Shown here: one piece after another, positions 63,661-64,000 of the stretch
Position numbering within the stretch: position 1 is the stretch's first letter
How the letters are laid out: the number at the start of each line of letters is the position of its first letter
Assembly: GCA_963779425.1 (NCBI GenBank)
Contig: CAVZYD010000004.1
Location: 189,849-253,848 of the forward strand
Direction of reading: 5' to 3'
DNA length: 64,000 nt
From: an uncultured Acidimicrobiaceae bacterium
GTDB lineage: Bacteria; Actinomycetota; Acidimicrobiia; Acidimicrobiales; Bog-793
Made by a program: the position numbers and the translations under genes
The notes under the pieces: generated by a model
Database searches by the model: none
What the model was told of the DNA's origin: nothing
The model's input: only the letters and a program-made list of their open reading frames with translations

Positions 63661-64000
63661 GCAAGTCCCGGGCCGAGCATTTCGCGGCCCTGCACCGGGC
63701 CGGTTCGCCGCTCGTGATGCCCAACCCGTGGGACCCTGGCTCGGCGAGAGTGCTTGTCGCCATGGGTTTCAAGGCTCTGGCCACGACCAGCAGCGGCTTC
63801 GCGGCGACGCTCGGTCGCCTTGACGGATCGGTCACGCGAGACGAGGCGCTCGCCCACGCGGTCCAGATCGTGGCCTCGGTGGATGTCCCGGTCTCGGCCG
63901 ATTTTGAGAACGGCTTCGGCGACACGCCAACGCGACGGCATCCACGGTCACGGCCGCAGTCGAGACCGGATTAGCCGGGTGCTCGATAGAGGACTTCAGC
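63657..64000 (+). pseudogene. Isocitrate lyase/PEP mutase family protein, 3'-partial, apparent frameshift near 63925-63935
   Basis: The GTG start overlaps the upstream stop (GTGA). Contains LVMPNPWDPGSA and ADFENGFGD. The expected continuation ATASTVTAAVETGLAGCSIEDFS is in another frame, while the current frame stops at 63974. Confidence 0.7.

Overview
High-GC segment (about two-thirds G+C by eye, not computed) that looks like Actinomycetota chromosome. Supporting markers: an HU protein with a Lys/Ala/Pro repeat tail, CofC for F420 synthesis, several DinB/mycothiol-type proteins, a PafBC-like double WYL regulator and an Ada-AlkA/Ogt operon. I call about 55 protein genes and found no rRNA, tRNA or CRISPR. 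From start to end the window holds: (1) a GH38 mannosidase, cofC, an LmbE-type deacetylase and hupB; (2) a decayed conjugative/mobilisable remnant at 6.2-13.3 kb, made of a TM-less type IV coupling protein, an orphan double-FtsX permease and a MobF/TrwC relaxase with a degenerate NTPase region; (3) housekeeping and stress genes (APC permease, proline iminopeptidase, PafBC-like fusion, esterase); (4) a translationally coupled three-gene module around a stand-alone cytochrome b6-like protein at 20.4-22.6 kb; (5) response regulator, DinB-like, SRPBCC, ogt/ada-alkA, GNAT, glutamate decarboxylase, YihY, DUF45 and MFS genes; (6) a Dpp/Opp-type ABC operon with no binding-protein gene, coupled to a class V aminotransferase; (7) a 216-bp array of eight in-phase 27-bp repeats at 40.4-40.6 kb; (8) a tightly packed 12-gene minus-strand operon at 42.2-54.6 kb encoding a GntR-type regulator, two ADP-forming acyl-CoA synthetases, a crotonase, a NitT/TauT-type ABC importer, three SDRs and a thiolase, which is probably an uncharacterised organic-acid catabolic pathway; (9) a DUF3516-type DEAD/DEAH helicase, an RsbW/STAS pair and a MocR/AhpD/PEP-mutase locus. 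One issue cuts across the window: at least 10 apparent frameshifts interrupt 7 otherwise recognisable genes. These are either assembly indel errors or real pseudogenisation, and the sequence alone cannot tell which. All function calls come from motif and family recognition by eye on the supplied translations. No database search was run.
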